A program made the position numbers and the translations under genes. 64,000 nt of DNA from contig NC_047076.1 of assembly GCF_902459465.1 (NCBI RefSeq), positions 8,060,001 to 8,124,000 of the forward strand, in the 5' to 3' direction. Positions 24,755 to 36,516 of this stretch are shown here, piece after piece (position 1 is the stretch's first letter; each line of letters starts with the position of its first letter). Source of the DNA: Asterias rubens (Eukaryota). Below the pieces are notes generated by a model that made no database searches, was not told the origin of the DNA, and saw nothing but the letters and a program-made list of their open reading frames with translations.

Positions 24755-24853
24755 CGGGTAATTTTTTTGGAGATAAGCCCTCATTCCTGGCTGGTTTGAG
24801 GCCGGGAATCGTTGCTGTTGAACAGAAGGAGACATGAACGGGTGAGACGCCAT
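24755..24853 (-). CDS. Candidate first coding exon of an unidentified small gene divergent from C2orf76
   Basis: Start context tctcaaaATGGCG. Reads MASHPFMSPSVQQQRFPASNQPGMRAYLQKNYP and ends at a consensus donor CCG|GTAAGT. Downstream exons are uncertain (23982-24014; acceptor at 23812 or 23796). Confidence 0.45.
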
Positions 24854-24859
24854 TTTGAG

Positions 24860-25285
24860 AAATAATGAATTTCGACCAGACTGTACTATTATTTGAGAGG
24901 TAAAGGTATAAATGAGGGGAACACAAAAATGCGTTGGAGAGCCGTAAAACTAATGAAACTTCAATTTCAATTTTAAAATTAAATAGTATGTATAAATCAT
25001 TCATTATTATACATTGTATCATTTTTATTTACTAAAATTAGACAAAAAGTATTCTTTTTATTAAATACATTTCTATATGACTATCTCTTATCAGTAATTA
25101 CACTTTTGAATAATAAAACCGGTCCAAAACTTCTAGCGACCAGCAACCTTTGCGAAAAAAACACTACTTCCGGTTCAAAAAATAACCCGACTTATCGTCT
25201 GCTCTTTTTTCGGGGAATTCCTTTTTGCGAGCGTGGTGTCTTTCTGAAGTAAACTTGGAAACCTCCGACATGACCAACTTCAGCT
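24860..25285. promoter_or_regulatory. Probable bidirectional housekeeping promoter including the non-coding first exon of C2orf76
   Basis: ETS-like CTTCCGGT near 25168 and local CpG enrichment. Plus-strand donor CAGCT|GTATGT at 25286. A minus-strand ATGGCG start lies about 300 nt away. Confidence 0.45.
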
Positions 25286-25774
25286 GTATGTATTGTACGT
25301 CCTTCTAAATGATGGGCCCATACCAGGACAGATTTAAAGCAAACTCACGCCACTAGTCACTACAAATAAATGTTGCATTTTTGTTTCATTCATTCCTGAC
25401 GTGTGACACTGTACCTCACACTGTACAGAACAGTGAAAAGTCACTATTCATAGACAACTCGACCTTTAGTTTATTAAGTGGTGTTTGATTGAAGCATATT
25501 GAAGCTTCATTTGCATGGTGTTGAAAATAAGAAGTAACTATAAATATTATTTATTAAACGAAGACTTGCTGACAGTACAACCCTGTGTAAAATATCTTTT
25601 GGGAGATTTGGTCTGGAAATTTGACTTTATTAATTTTTATATATTTCTTTATTTAAAATTAAATTGGGCCTAACCCCTACTAAGCTTAATAAAAGTTGTT
25701 TTTTAACTAAACCTTGGAAAAAGGTCCTCCCTCCATGCTGTACACTTTGTTAATCCATCCAATACTCTGATTAA

Positions 25775-27653
25775 TAATAATAATAATAACACAGCATCTA
25801 TAAAGGCGTGCTAAATCTGGTGAAAAACCATTCAAAGGCGCCGGTCAAGATGGAAAGAGGGAAAATTCTCAAGTGTTGGGGAAAGCAAGTGTGAACAGGT
25901 GTGTCTTAAGTTGATGCTGAAAGATGGAGATGTCATGGATTTTCCTGAGGTTTTCAGGGAGTGAATTCCAGAGCCTGGGTGATGTAATAGCTAGACGAGA
26001 CCGGGGAACAAGGAGCATGTTGCTGGTGAATCTAAGACCCGGTCTTGTAGTACGGGGAGTCAACAGGTTTTGAATATAGAGTGGGGCTGAACCTTGGAGT
26101 GCCTTGAAAGTGAGAATGATTACTTTGAATTTGATGCGTTGTTTGATGGGAAGCCAATGTAGATTATAAAGGATTGGAGTGATGTGGTCATGCAATTTAT
26201 TTCCAGTCATAAGACGTGCTGCAGCGTTCTGAACAGATTGGAGGCGCTGCAGCGTGCTCTGTGGAAGGCCAGCAAGCAGGCTGTTGCAGAAATCCAGTCT
26301 GGAGGTGATAAACGCATGGATGAGTTGCTCTGCTGCCTTCATGGAAAGAAGACGTCTGATCTTAGCGATGCGTCTGAGGTGTATGTAGGAAGATTGGCAG
26401 ACACGATAAACATGTTTTTCTAGGTTCATGCACTGGTCAAAGAGCACGCCGAGATTTCGTACATCTGTGCTTGGTGTGACCAGGGTATCGCCAATCTGAA
26501 TGTGTTGGATGGGAACTTTGTTGCGGAGTTGTGGAGAGGAGATGATTATGAACTTCGTTTTAGAAGGATTGAACTTTAGAAAGTTGTCCAGCATCCATCT
26601 TTGGAAGTCGTGCAAGCAGTTGGTGAGTGACAAGAGGATGTTGTTGTGATTACCTACCAAGTTGGGACTGAAAGTTGTGTATAATTGTGTGTCATCAGCG
26701 TAGAAGTGTGATTGTAAATGATGTTTCTAGCAATTTGACCAAGTGGCGATGTATATAGAGTGAAAAGAACGGGACCTAGGACAGAGCCCTGCGGGACTCC
26801 ATAGTATACTTTGGCCTCCGGTGATGATTCCCCTTGAATTTGAACTAGTTGAGAACGGTTATGTAGGTAGGATTTGATCCAGTTTAAAGCTGTGCCCCCA
26901 ATACCAAAATTAGAATGCAGTCTCTGGATGAGAACATCGTGGTCAATTGTATCGAAGGCCGCTGAGAGGTCGAGCAAGATCATTACAGCCTTTTTGCTGT
27001 CGACTGCGCACATGATGTCATTGTGGACTTTAAGAAGGGCCGTTTCCACACTATGAAACTTACGGTATGCAGATTGGTGACTTTCGCGCAGCTGGTTTTC
27101 TGACAAGTGTGCGTTTAGTCTTGCAGCAACGACCTTCTCAGTGACCTTCGACACAAAGGACAAATTAGATATAGGACGATAGTTCTTTAAGTCATTACAG
27201 TCCAAAGATTCTTTCTTGATTACTGGGGTGATCAAAGCAGTTTTGAAGCTGTCTGGGAACTGGCCACTTTCGAGAGAAATGTTGATCAGCCGGGTTATTG
27301 GGACTACCAACGAGTTGTTCAAGTTCTTAACCAGCAATGTCGGTAGAGGGTCCAGTGGGCATGATTTGGGAGGAGATCTCTTGATTATCTTGGCGATCTC
27401 GTCCTCCGAAAAAGGTCTCAGGGTTTCGAGGGTTGGACTCGGTGGTGGGGTTGGGTCAGAGCTACTGCTAACTGTGATAGGTGAGGGTATGGGGCCTGTT
27501 TGATTTGAAACCAGGTCACCTCTGATCTGATCAACTTTGCTAGTGAAGTAAGCTGAAAATCTGCACGCTAGTTCCCTCGGATGCGTGTCAGTAGGAAGCT
27601 TGTGGGTTGTTTTTCTGTGCATGAGGTGATTTGTTATTTCAAAGAGAGCCTTT
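25775..27653 (-). mobile_element. 5'-truncated L2-clade LINE (reverse transcriptase) in intron 1 of C2orf76
   Basis: ORFs 26654-27622 and 25869-26660 encode RT motifs (YRPISNLSFVSKVTEK, LDLSAAFDTIDH, GVPQGSVLGP, YADD at 26691-26702 across a 1-nt frameshift near 26724, LHWLPIKQRIKFK). (TAA)n tail at 25772-25789. TGATTAA flanks both ends. Confidence 0.93.
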
Positions 27654-27776
27654 TGATTAAACCTTATTTACAAAAAAAATTGCTTTCATTTTATGATTAG
27701 TTGCAATTCAATAAATATAAAACAAATCAAATTTTGAACCAAGAAATGCATCTTGTACTTTGTACAGGTAGTTTAG

Positions 27777-28049
<273 letters not shown>

Positions 28050-28791
28050 TGATATCTTTCTTTTATATCGGATACACTTTGCAATGTTGACTTGGTAGAG
28101 GAGGTGTTTCTGGATTACTTAGCAACCACCCTTGCTTACAGGTTTCCTCAGGCTTGTGAACTACAGGGATTAAGTTCACTTATGAGGTATCCTTCGTGTC
28201 ATTACCAGAAATATGTAGTATTAATAATGTAGCACCAGTAACATAATGACATGGCAACAAGAAGGAATATCCAGTCAATATGATGAGGGAGGAAAATCCC
28301 AAGTGAAAAAAAACCTGTACAATCAGGTAGGGACTGTATCCACATATTAACACTCCAGTCTGAGATGGGTTCCATCCAGGGTCATGCTGAGGTAAAAGGC
28401 AGGGGAATCAATTGCACCCCCCCCCCCTTTTCTGGTCTACGTGTGTATTTTATAACTGTGTATGTTTAGTTGCAGTGTGGGCATTCCTTTGTCCTTTGGG
28501 AATTTAGAATTACATTGTTCTCACATGTTAGTAATACTGATAGTGGTGTATTTGGAATAGCTCTAAAAAAACGTTGTTTTTGGAATGGGGGCGTTTTCTG
28601 AGAACAGTGATGGTTGGTCTATTTTGGATCCACATTGTTCTTTTTTGGAATGTGGGTATTCTATCGGGAAACTGTTGGTCTGTCAGTGTTGCTGTCTGGA
28701 ATCCTCATTATTCTTTCTTTAAACAGTTTCTTCTACCTTCTTAAACAAGCGACGTTCTTTTGGTTTCACTTCTCGTCACATCATAAACCGC

Positions 28792-29175
28792 TTAAAGGCA
28801 GTGGACACTATTGGTAATTGACAAAGACCAGTCGTCTCACTTGGTGTATCTCAAGATATGCATAAAATAACAGACCTGTTTAAATTTGAGCTAAATTGAT
28901 TGTAGAAGCTGCGAGATCTGAATGAAATAAAAAACACCCTTGTCACAAAAAGTTATGTGCTTTCAGATGCTTTATTTCGAGACCTCAAGTTCTAAATCTG
29001 ATGTCTCGGAATCAATTTCATGGAAAAATACTTCTTTCTCAAAATCTACTTTACTTCAGAGGGAGCTGTTTCTCACAATGTTTTATACTATCAACCTCCC
29101 CATTACTCGTCACCAAGTAAGGTTTTATGCGAATAATTATTTTGAGTTATTACCAATAGTGTCCACTGCCTTCAA
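28792..29175 (+). mobile_element. MITE family K1 copy
   Basis: TTAA-AGGCAGTGGACACTATTGG...GTGTCCACTGCCTTCAA. Confidence 0.85.
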
Positions 29176-29866
29176 GGGAAACTGACTGGATGAATTTTAA
29201 GTGATTCGGGTTCAAACAAAGACAAAGTTCGTAGAGCCGGTTTTGAACCAACGACCTCCAGATTAACGTGCCGGTGCTCTACTGAAGAAATATTATCTCT
29301 GGATTATTTTCTCTAATTGGCCAAGTTTAACTTGCGTGCTAGACACTCTAAAAACAGATTCACTAGTTGTCAACACTGTTGACATCTAGTGGTCATGTTG
29401 GCGTAGTAGTTTGATAATCCTCGCGTTCCAACTTTAGGACCCAGGTCCGATTCACACAGGGGACTATGTGGATTGGCTTTTCAGTCCCTACCTGACAGCA
29501 TGGGTTTTCTCTGAAATAACTCTCTGGGGTTTCCTTCCACATGGTTGAAGAAAGCTGTGCCACTTTCCCACCAAAATGGCTCCCTTACAGCAGCCGAGTT
29601 CACGAAGTAGTGCACATCGTTGCGACACTTGCTTAAGTTGCATTTCAAGCACTTTGGCCAATATAATACTGACTTATGCAATCAAAATTAAGTAAATAAC
29701 TTTCAGACTTGCGTCGCTTTCAGACTTGGTGTAACTTTCGTGAATTCAGTCCTTACTTAGTGGTACAACTTGCGCTAAAACATTGCACAAGTGGACTAAC
29801 GCCCTGGTTTAAAGGGTGAAACAGTGAATTTACCTTTTAAAGATTATACCTTGTATTGTATATTAG

Positions 29867-29955
29867 ATATCAAGACAAGAGCTGGCATACTGCCCCCATT
29901 CAGAACACACAACTACGACACGCTGAAAATCCAGCATAAAGCTTTTGGAGCAAAG
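29867..29955 (+). CDS. C2orf76: C2orf76 homologue, coding exon 2
   Basis: Reads (D)IKTRAGILPPFRTHNYDTLKIQHKAFGAK (cf. human [23 protein letters not shown]). Donor AAG|GTAAGA. Confidence 0.92.
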
Positions 29956-30016
29956 GTAAGACGAAGCACGTTTGATAAGGCGAAGCACCTAAAGCACTCT
30001 CAGTTTTATCGCTCAT

Positions 30017-30515
30017 GGTGTGTGGGGTGTCTTGACCGAGGGGATAAGAGCACTGGACTCAAGCTCTGGTGTTTTTAACCAGCAGTAGAGTGTGGGTTTG
30101 AGTTCAAACGTGACACTTTGCTGTCTGCTTGGGATGGGAAGTAAAGCCATAGGTCATGTGTGTTGTGTATTGCACGTAAAAGCATCCTATCTCGAGCTAG
30201 AACGAGAAACTCGTCCTAACTTGGGATGGGTTCAATGCATCCAACTGTCTTCTGATAGGAAACTGAACTTGTATTAAGTCCTAAGATTCATCCTAAGTTA
30301 GGAAGAATTTGGTGAAATCGGAGGCAGTACATTTATCGTAAAGAGAAGGGGTTTGCCCCGTTGTTCCTAGTCTGATTGGCTGTATATTGCCACATTACCT
30401 TGTAAACCATTACATGAGGAACGGGTCAGGAAAAATACGGAATGCTGAAGCGCCATTAGCGTCACTGAGTTACTGATTTGAGCGCTATGTAAGAAGCCAC
30501 TAATAAAATTATTAT
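30017..30515 (+). mobile_element. tRNA-derived SINE interrupted by a MITE (~30185-30325)
   Basis: SINE head as at 35333. The SINE body (gcacgtaaaag..|..acatttatcg) is split by an ATTTCAC-family element. Confidence 0.7.
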
Positions 30516-31174
30516 AAAGTTCTGTCACACAATTACCGTTATCATACTATATGATGCTACAGAACTGTCATGAGACATGTAGTTATCTACCTATCACTAT
30601 GCAGAATGCCTCATATCCTAAACAGGAATATATATACAAAATAATGGGTTTTAGGAGTTTCAAATAAGGGACTCTTAACGACTCATTTGTTTTTATTTCT
30701 TTTGTTTTGCTCACAGCGATTTCAATCCTTTGGCAAAGGGGCTTTCATAAATTCCTGTTATTATTATTATTTTTAAGAACACAGAAACAAAACTCTTTGT
30801 GTTGCACATGGGCATGCGTGGCATTGGCGATAGGACTTTCGACCTGTGAACCTTTGGAATCTGACAACATCATTTTCTGTTGTGTAGACCATGTACTACA
30901 TTAGACCATGGCAATGGCATTTCAATTGCAAGTGTAAAATTCAAGATACAACTTTTCAAACTTTGAGAAAGTGGTTTCATGGCTTAAAGCTTGCACTCCT
31001 GGGTGAAGAGACTCAACAATGGCAAATTGTGCAATGGACCATGTTTAATAATGTGAGCAGTGTTCTCTCACAAAGTCTTACCACAAAGTGTACTTTTGTC
31101 CCAACTAAAAAACAATGCCCTTACATTTATGTATATTATTTTTGTTTTTAATTTGTAAACGTTATCAATTTCAG

Positions 31175-31256
31175 ACCAATGATCCAGCCATTAACACTGA
31201 GAATGATGAAGAGTTAATACTTAAAGATGATGCAACACTAGCGGACTCCAAAATTG
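31175..31256 (+). CDS. C2orf76: C2orf76 homologue, coding exon 3 (GC donor)
   Basis: Acceptor atcaatttcag. Reads TNDPAINTENDEELILKDDATLADSKI (cf. human [27 protein letters not shown]). Ends G|GCAAGT, a GC-AG intron. Confidence 0.85.
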
Positions 31257-32621
31257 GCAAGTTTTTTTAATTTCTGCGATACCTTGTGGCCTTGTCACAC
31301 ACGAGGCAACTTTTACAGGCAGCTTGGAGGCAACCAACTGCAGTGCACGCTACGAGACCACTTTGGTAGCACATGATAAATTTTTCAAACAATGTCTTAC
31401 GATTCCCTCCCCAAAAATAAATGAACTTCTAAATGTGAATGGATTGCCTGGAACTGCTTGCCTGTAAATTTCCTTGTGTAACATAACCCATAGACTCATT
31501 ATTTACCCTCGTGAACTTCCTTCCCCCACCTCCAACAATCGTCATCTCAGTGCCCGGCAAGTGTTTTTTTTTTATAAGTATCATGACATTAAAGTAGCAT
31601 TAAATTTTATAAAGGACTAGAGAAAAGTCTCATATAAAGAATGTGTGGCTAGTGGGAACTCGCCAACCTCATTCCAAAGTTCAACCACAAATTCCATTCT
31701 AAATGTGTTGACAGTAATCATACCCTATTTTTGTCACTCAGTATGTTAACTTGCCAGGGATCACATAACATGTTCTTCTCGGTTGTGATGTGGACCAACT
31801 TTTTTCTTGTTATTATCTGGTGGGAAAATCAGGTCAATCGTACGGTATCGAGTGATGCCTCAAATAAATGGAAAATTTTTCAGAAAATGGGAAAAGGGGC
31901 ATTTTAAGTTTTCCCCCGATTGAAATTTTTCATACACAAGTAAATGTTTGCGCCAAAAATGGTCCTCTCTCCCATTTTGATATTTTTTTTATTGTTCAGT
32001 TAAAATTTGACCCGGCCTCGTTTTGCCATACATGACTCTTGAGCATACATGCGTAAAGGAAGTGTAGTATGAAACTGCAGTGTTTCAGCGGATATGCGCT
32101 AGTAGACGAACCACCTATCATCAAAAAAAGCCCAGGGCTGTTCATTAACAACAACTCCCCCTCCCCCTTCCTCCCTGCGAACCCCTGGAGACCATCGTCT
32201 GAGACGAGTTCACTTTAAGTAAACCTCACAAAGTCTCGCTGATATTTTCTTGCTCAGATCAGTTTCATGTTTCAAGAGGAGTTGTACAGTGTGGGGAAGT
32301 GAGACAGTGTGGGGAAGTGAGACTAATTTGGGCAATATTGTAATAATCTTAGTCCTGTGTCGGCTCAAATTATAAGTTATGGGTTACCTCAGCTCATTCT
32401 TTTTTTTAAAGGGAAAGTGTCAGTCTGGTTGTACTTGAGCAAAAGTCAATCCTTTTTGTTTGTCTGCCAAAAAACACCAATTCAAAGTTAACTATCCTGT
32501 GACTTGTTTTCAAAAAAAGGATTGAAAACAATGAATCTCTAGGGTCAACATTAGGGCCATGACATATGGGTGCTCACATTGCATAAACTACAGAGATAAC
32601 AAATCCGGTTGGCTGACTTCT

Positions 32622-32945
32622 TTCTACCTGGGCCCAATTTCTTAAAGCTGTTTAGCAGAAAAAACTGCTAAACATATTTATTGCCTAAGCAAAAAATCCA
32701 CATCAGGGGCCAATTTCATAGAGCTGCTTAAGCAAAAAAGTTGCTTAAGCACAAAAATAGCTCGCATGTTATTGGTAAAGATTTCATGCCATAAACATTG
32801 CTTGTGACTGGTATTTAGCTGTTGTTTGCTTAGCATAACAATTGAGTAGAGTCTTGGCCTTTTATCTGATTTTACTAGGCAAGGATTTGTTTGCTTAAGC
32901 AAAATTTTGTGCTTAAGCAGCTCTATGAAATTGGGCCCAGGTAGA
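32622..32945. mobile_element. GGGCCCAATTTCATA MITE family, nested double copy (other copies near 34200-34265, 36186-36365, 47190-47387, 48527-48700)
   Basis: TTCTACCTGGGCCCAATTTC / GAAATTGGGCCCAGGTAGAA. A second copy starts internally near 32707. Confidence 0.75.
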
Positions 32946-33225
32946 ATTTGTTGTTTAGAGGTTAAGAAATTGGTTTTGGGGATTCGAATCCCACCTGACA
33001 AGTATGCCTGGAGAGTTCCCCCCCCCCCCCCTTTTGCAGGATGTTGGAAAAACTTGGAGTAAACAGTGCTTATCATTCACCCAATGGTGTAAGGATAAAA
33101 ACTAAGATATTGTAGAAACTTGTTATCACGAAATCCTCCAAAAGCTCAAGGACCAATTTCATAGCGCTGCTTAACGGCAAGCAAATTTTCATGCTTACTA
33201 TAGCAGAAGATGTTGGATAAGCTTA

Positions 33226-33404
33226 TTAAAGACACTGGACACTATTGGAAAATAACTTCTTTCTCAAAAACTACGTTACTTCAAAGGGAGCCGTTTCCCA
33301 CAAAGTTTTATACTTATCAACACATCTCCATTGCTTGTTAACAAGTATAAAGTTTTATGCTAATAATTATTCTGAGTAATTACCAATAGTGTCCACTGAC
33401 TTTG
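33226..33404 (+). mobile_element. MITE family K1, internally deleted copy
   Basis: Both TIRs are present and about 200 nt of internal sequence is missing. Confidence 0.7.
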
Positions 33405-33666
33405 AAAGTGTTGTACTTTTTGTATAATTGTGTGGAAGAGTAACAGGAGAGGGGGGTGACTAAAAATAGTAAACTTCCCGATCAAGTTTAACTTCCCATT
33501 AACCTTAATCAAAGTTTAAGTCTCCGTGATCTAGATTTGTAAAATCTTTATCTGCAGTGTCACTTACCTTTCTGTGGCTTCCAAGTATAAAAATAGTCAA
33601 ATTACCATTTAGATAAGATACCTTCATTTCCTGAGGGGTGTTATTGTGATATTATACCTAGTTCAT

Positions 33667-34050
33667 TTAAAGACATTGACACTATTGGTAATTGTCAAAG
33701 ACAAGTCTTCTCACTTGGTGTATCTCAACATATGCATAAAATAACAAACCTGTGAAAATTTGAGCTCAATTGATCGTCCAAGTTGCGAGATAATAATGAA
33801 ATAAAAAACACCCTTGTCACATGAAGTTGTGTGCTTTCAGATGCTCGATTTCGAGACGTCAAATTCTAAACTTGAGGTCTCGAAATCAAATTCGTGGAAA
33901 ATTACTTCTTTCTCTAAAATTACATCACTTCAGAGGGAGCCGTTTCTCACAATGTTTTATACTATCATCTCTCTCCATTACTCATTACCAAGTAAGGTTT
34001 TATGCTAATAACTATTTTGAGTATTTCCCAATAGTGTCCACTGCCTTAAA
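33667..34050 (+). mobile_element. MITE family K1 copy
   Basis: TTAA-AGACATTGACACTATTGG...GTGTCCACTGCCTTAA. Confidence 0.85.
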
Positions 34051-34379
34051 GCGTATTCCACAGGTTAGTAAGAAAATTAGGCCGCCATCTTTTGTGTTTA
34101 CCATGGATTTGCATTGTTAAGTCATTCATTTTTGTACAAAAGCACCAAAAGATAATCATGCCTTTTCATGTGTTTAAAGGTTAGTGGTGCTATAAAATGG
34201 GAAGCGCACAGTACCGGGGGTAAGCACAAAATCGGCCATTAAGCAGCTCTGTGAAATTGGGCCCAGATAATAGATGAGTAACAGTGAACAACTTATAATC
34301 AAAGTTGTATCAGTTTTGTGGTTTACCACATGTCTTGTGTCATAATTAATTTGTCTCCCCTTTTTTTTTTCACCACCAG

Positions 34380-34456
34380 AGTCAGAAACGGAACTATCAT
34401 TTTTCCGACGCGATGAGTATGAGAGCTACAAAGCCAACCCTGTCAGGTCCTGGTAG
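34380..34456 (+). CDS. C2orf76: C2orf76 homologue, terminal exon
   Basis: Acceptor tttttttttcaccaccag. Reads (E)SETELSFFRRDEYESYKANPVRSW* (cf. human [24 protein letters not shown]). Total CDS 387 nt = 128 aa. Confidence 0.93.
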
Positions 34457-35332
34457 GATTATCTTCATCCACTATCATTCGTTTTATCATCATCATCATC
34501 ACCATCATTAATCATAGCCAAAGACGTTGCTTTAGAATTGCAAAGTTCGTGGGTCCAAATCCCACCCTAGTGATATGCCTGTGATTTTGTTCACAGAATT
34601 TGGGAAAGCACTCAGTGTACACTGGTAGTACACACAGGTGTATAGGTAAAACCAAACTGAATATCACTTCCATCAAAACCATCAGCTTGGAAAGATTACA
34701 GAGATAATTTCTGATAGCCTGACTAAAAAACAGATTTGAAGGTCAAAAGTAGTCAGGCAGATTGGGTACAGGACTCGTGAACCCATGGTGTATTTTGGGC
34801 ATTAGACCAAAGCAAGTCTGTGACTTTGTTTTTGAAGGGGCGCTTCAATTTACCCCTAGTCACGAACACCTGTAGGAGGATAAAGCTAATTTTCTGATAG
34901 AACCTTAAAGACTAACTAAAACTAAAAAATTATTATTATTTTGCTATAGAAAGGTAAAGAAGTGAGTAATGATTAAATATATTATAACTAAAACTCAATA
35001 TCAATTTTTTTGGTTTAATGTAAGAAGAAACAAACAATCGTTTTGGTCGCTGTCGTGCTGGGCAAAAATGCAGAGTTTCACTTAAAAATTCCCTAAAAAG
35101 CCTAGGAAACAAAGCAGCAATGTGACATCACACAATGGACTCGATCGAAACAAAACAATGGAAAATGCATGGCAAGGATTATAAACAACCTTCATCCAGA
35201 TTGTGGTGTGACCTAATGGTTTATGTCAGTTTGCTCTTTCAACAAAATAGTCTAACTCCACCCGGCAGCATGGTAAATCATGTACAGTAACTGTAATTAT
35301 CGTAAGACCATATTTGAAATTAACAATGTATT

Positions 35333-35640
35333 GTGGTGTGTCATGGCCGAGCGGTTAAGAGTACCGGACTCAAGCTCTGGTGTTTGATCAGCAGAGTGTA
35401 GGTTCGAGTCCCGGACGTGACACTTGCTACGTAAAATTGGGCAGGTAGTGCTTTCTGCTCTACCGGCCAGGCTTCGGACTGATGATACCCAAGCCTACAT
35501 CCGTATGGACTGTAAAAGGGGTAACCCTGTTTCAGCCCTAGGAGTGGGTGGCAACGGCCTCTGGAATAAAATAATTGTAGCCCACACCATGAAGTGGCCT
35601 TCCGGCCTTGTGTGTCTGGCGACTTGCATAAAAAAAATAA
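35333..35640 (+). mobile_element. tRNA-derived SINE
   Basis: TGTCATGGCCGAGCGGTTAAGAG (box A), GGTTCGAGTCCC (box B), A-rich tail. Confidence 0.8.
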
Positions 35641-36395
35641 ATGAAAAGTAAAATTATGAAGATATTCTTTTGCACGATTAAAAAGCCCTGTGGGAAATTC
35701 TAACAGTCACTTTTGTTACAACGTGTCTAGTTGGCAGCGACAACAGCATTAGGGATTTTTTCCCCCAGAGGATTGCTCTTTTGGAACCAGAGGCCTGAAC
35801 CGCCAATTCAGATGTTGCTTACTTTGACCACTGAAATTAAAATTCTGGAATTCTTATAGATTTGTTGCTGAGAAGCTGTATAGCCTCGACTTGGTAATAT
35901 TATAATAACTTATACAATTGTTCAAGATTAAAAGTAAATTTTATCATATCAAAGCACAGAGATCATCGAGAAAATGCAGTTTGTGAATGTGGTGTTGTTG
36001 TTGTTTTTGTGGATTTTTTTGTAACCCTCGAACTTAAAGATACCTGTGTAGGTAGAGATGATGATGAAGACATTTTCAGTTTTAGATGTGGGATGAAACC
36101 CATGTAATCAGGTTAGGACTGAGGTGGGGTTCGAACCTGGGACCACAGAAGTGAAAGGCTGGGTCAGATGCCAAGAAGCCAAACTGGGCCCAACTTTATA
36201 AAGCTGTTAAGCAGAAAAAGGATTTGCAAATTCCTTTGCTAAGCTAACAAATATTAGAGGGGCACTAATCGCAACGATGTAACTTTTATATAATTTTGGC
36301 AACCTGTTTCTGCTAAGCAAAATTTGTCTGTGCTTAGGGAGGTTTTTGTGCTTACAAATGGGCCTTGATCTCCATGTTGATGAAATGATAAGCAA

Positions 36396-36516
36396 AGCCG
36401 TGTCCGAATTGGCGGCTACGTCTACAGCCAGATTTCTGGGTCATCAAGCATTGAGGTAAAGGACGTCCTTAGCAACTACCTTAGCAACAGCCGTAGCCGT
36501 AGCTGTAGACGCCAAT
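36396..36516. mobile_element. CCGTGTCCGAATTGGCGGCTAC MITE family (another copy at 44861-44986, fragment ~62195-62280)
   Basis: GAATTGGCGGCTACG...CGTAGCCGTAGC..GCCAAT(TC) inverted arms with a shared internal sequence. Confidence 0.65.

Noticed and set aside
35333-35420. tRNA-like sequences (also ~7240-7340, 8380-8460, 29225-29285, 60460-60500)
   Set aside because: Box A/B are present but there is no complete cloverleaf, and they continue into SINE bodies. These are SINE heads, not tRNA genes.
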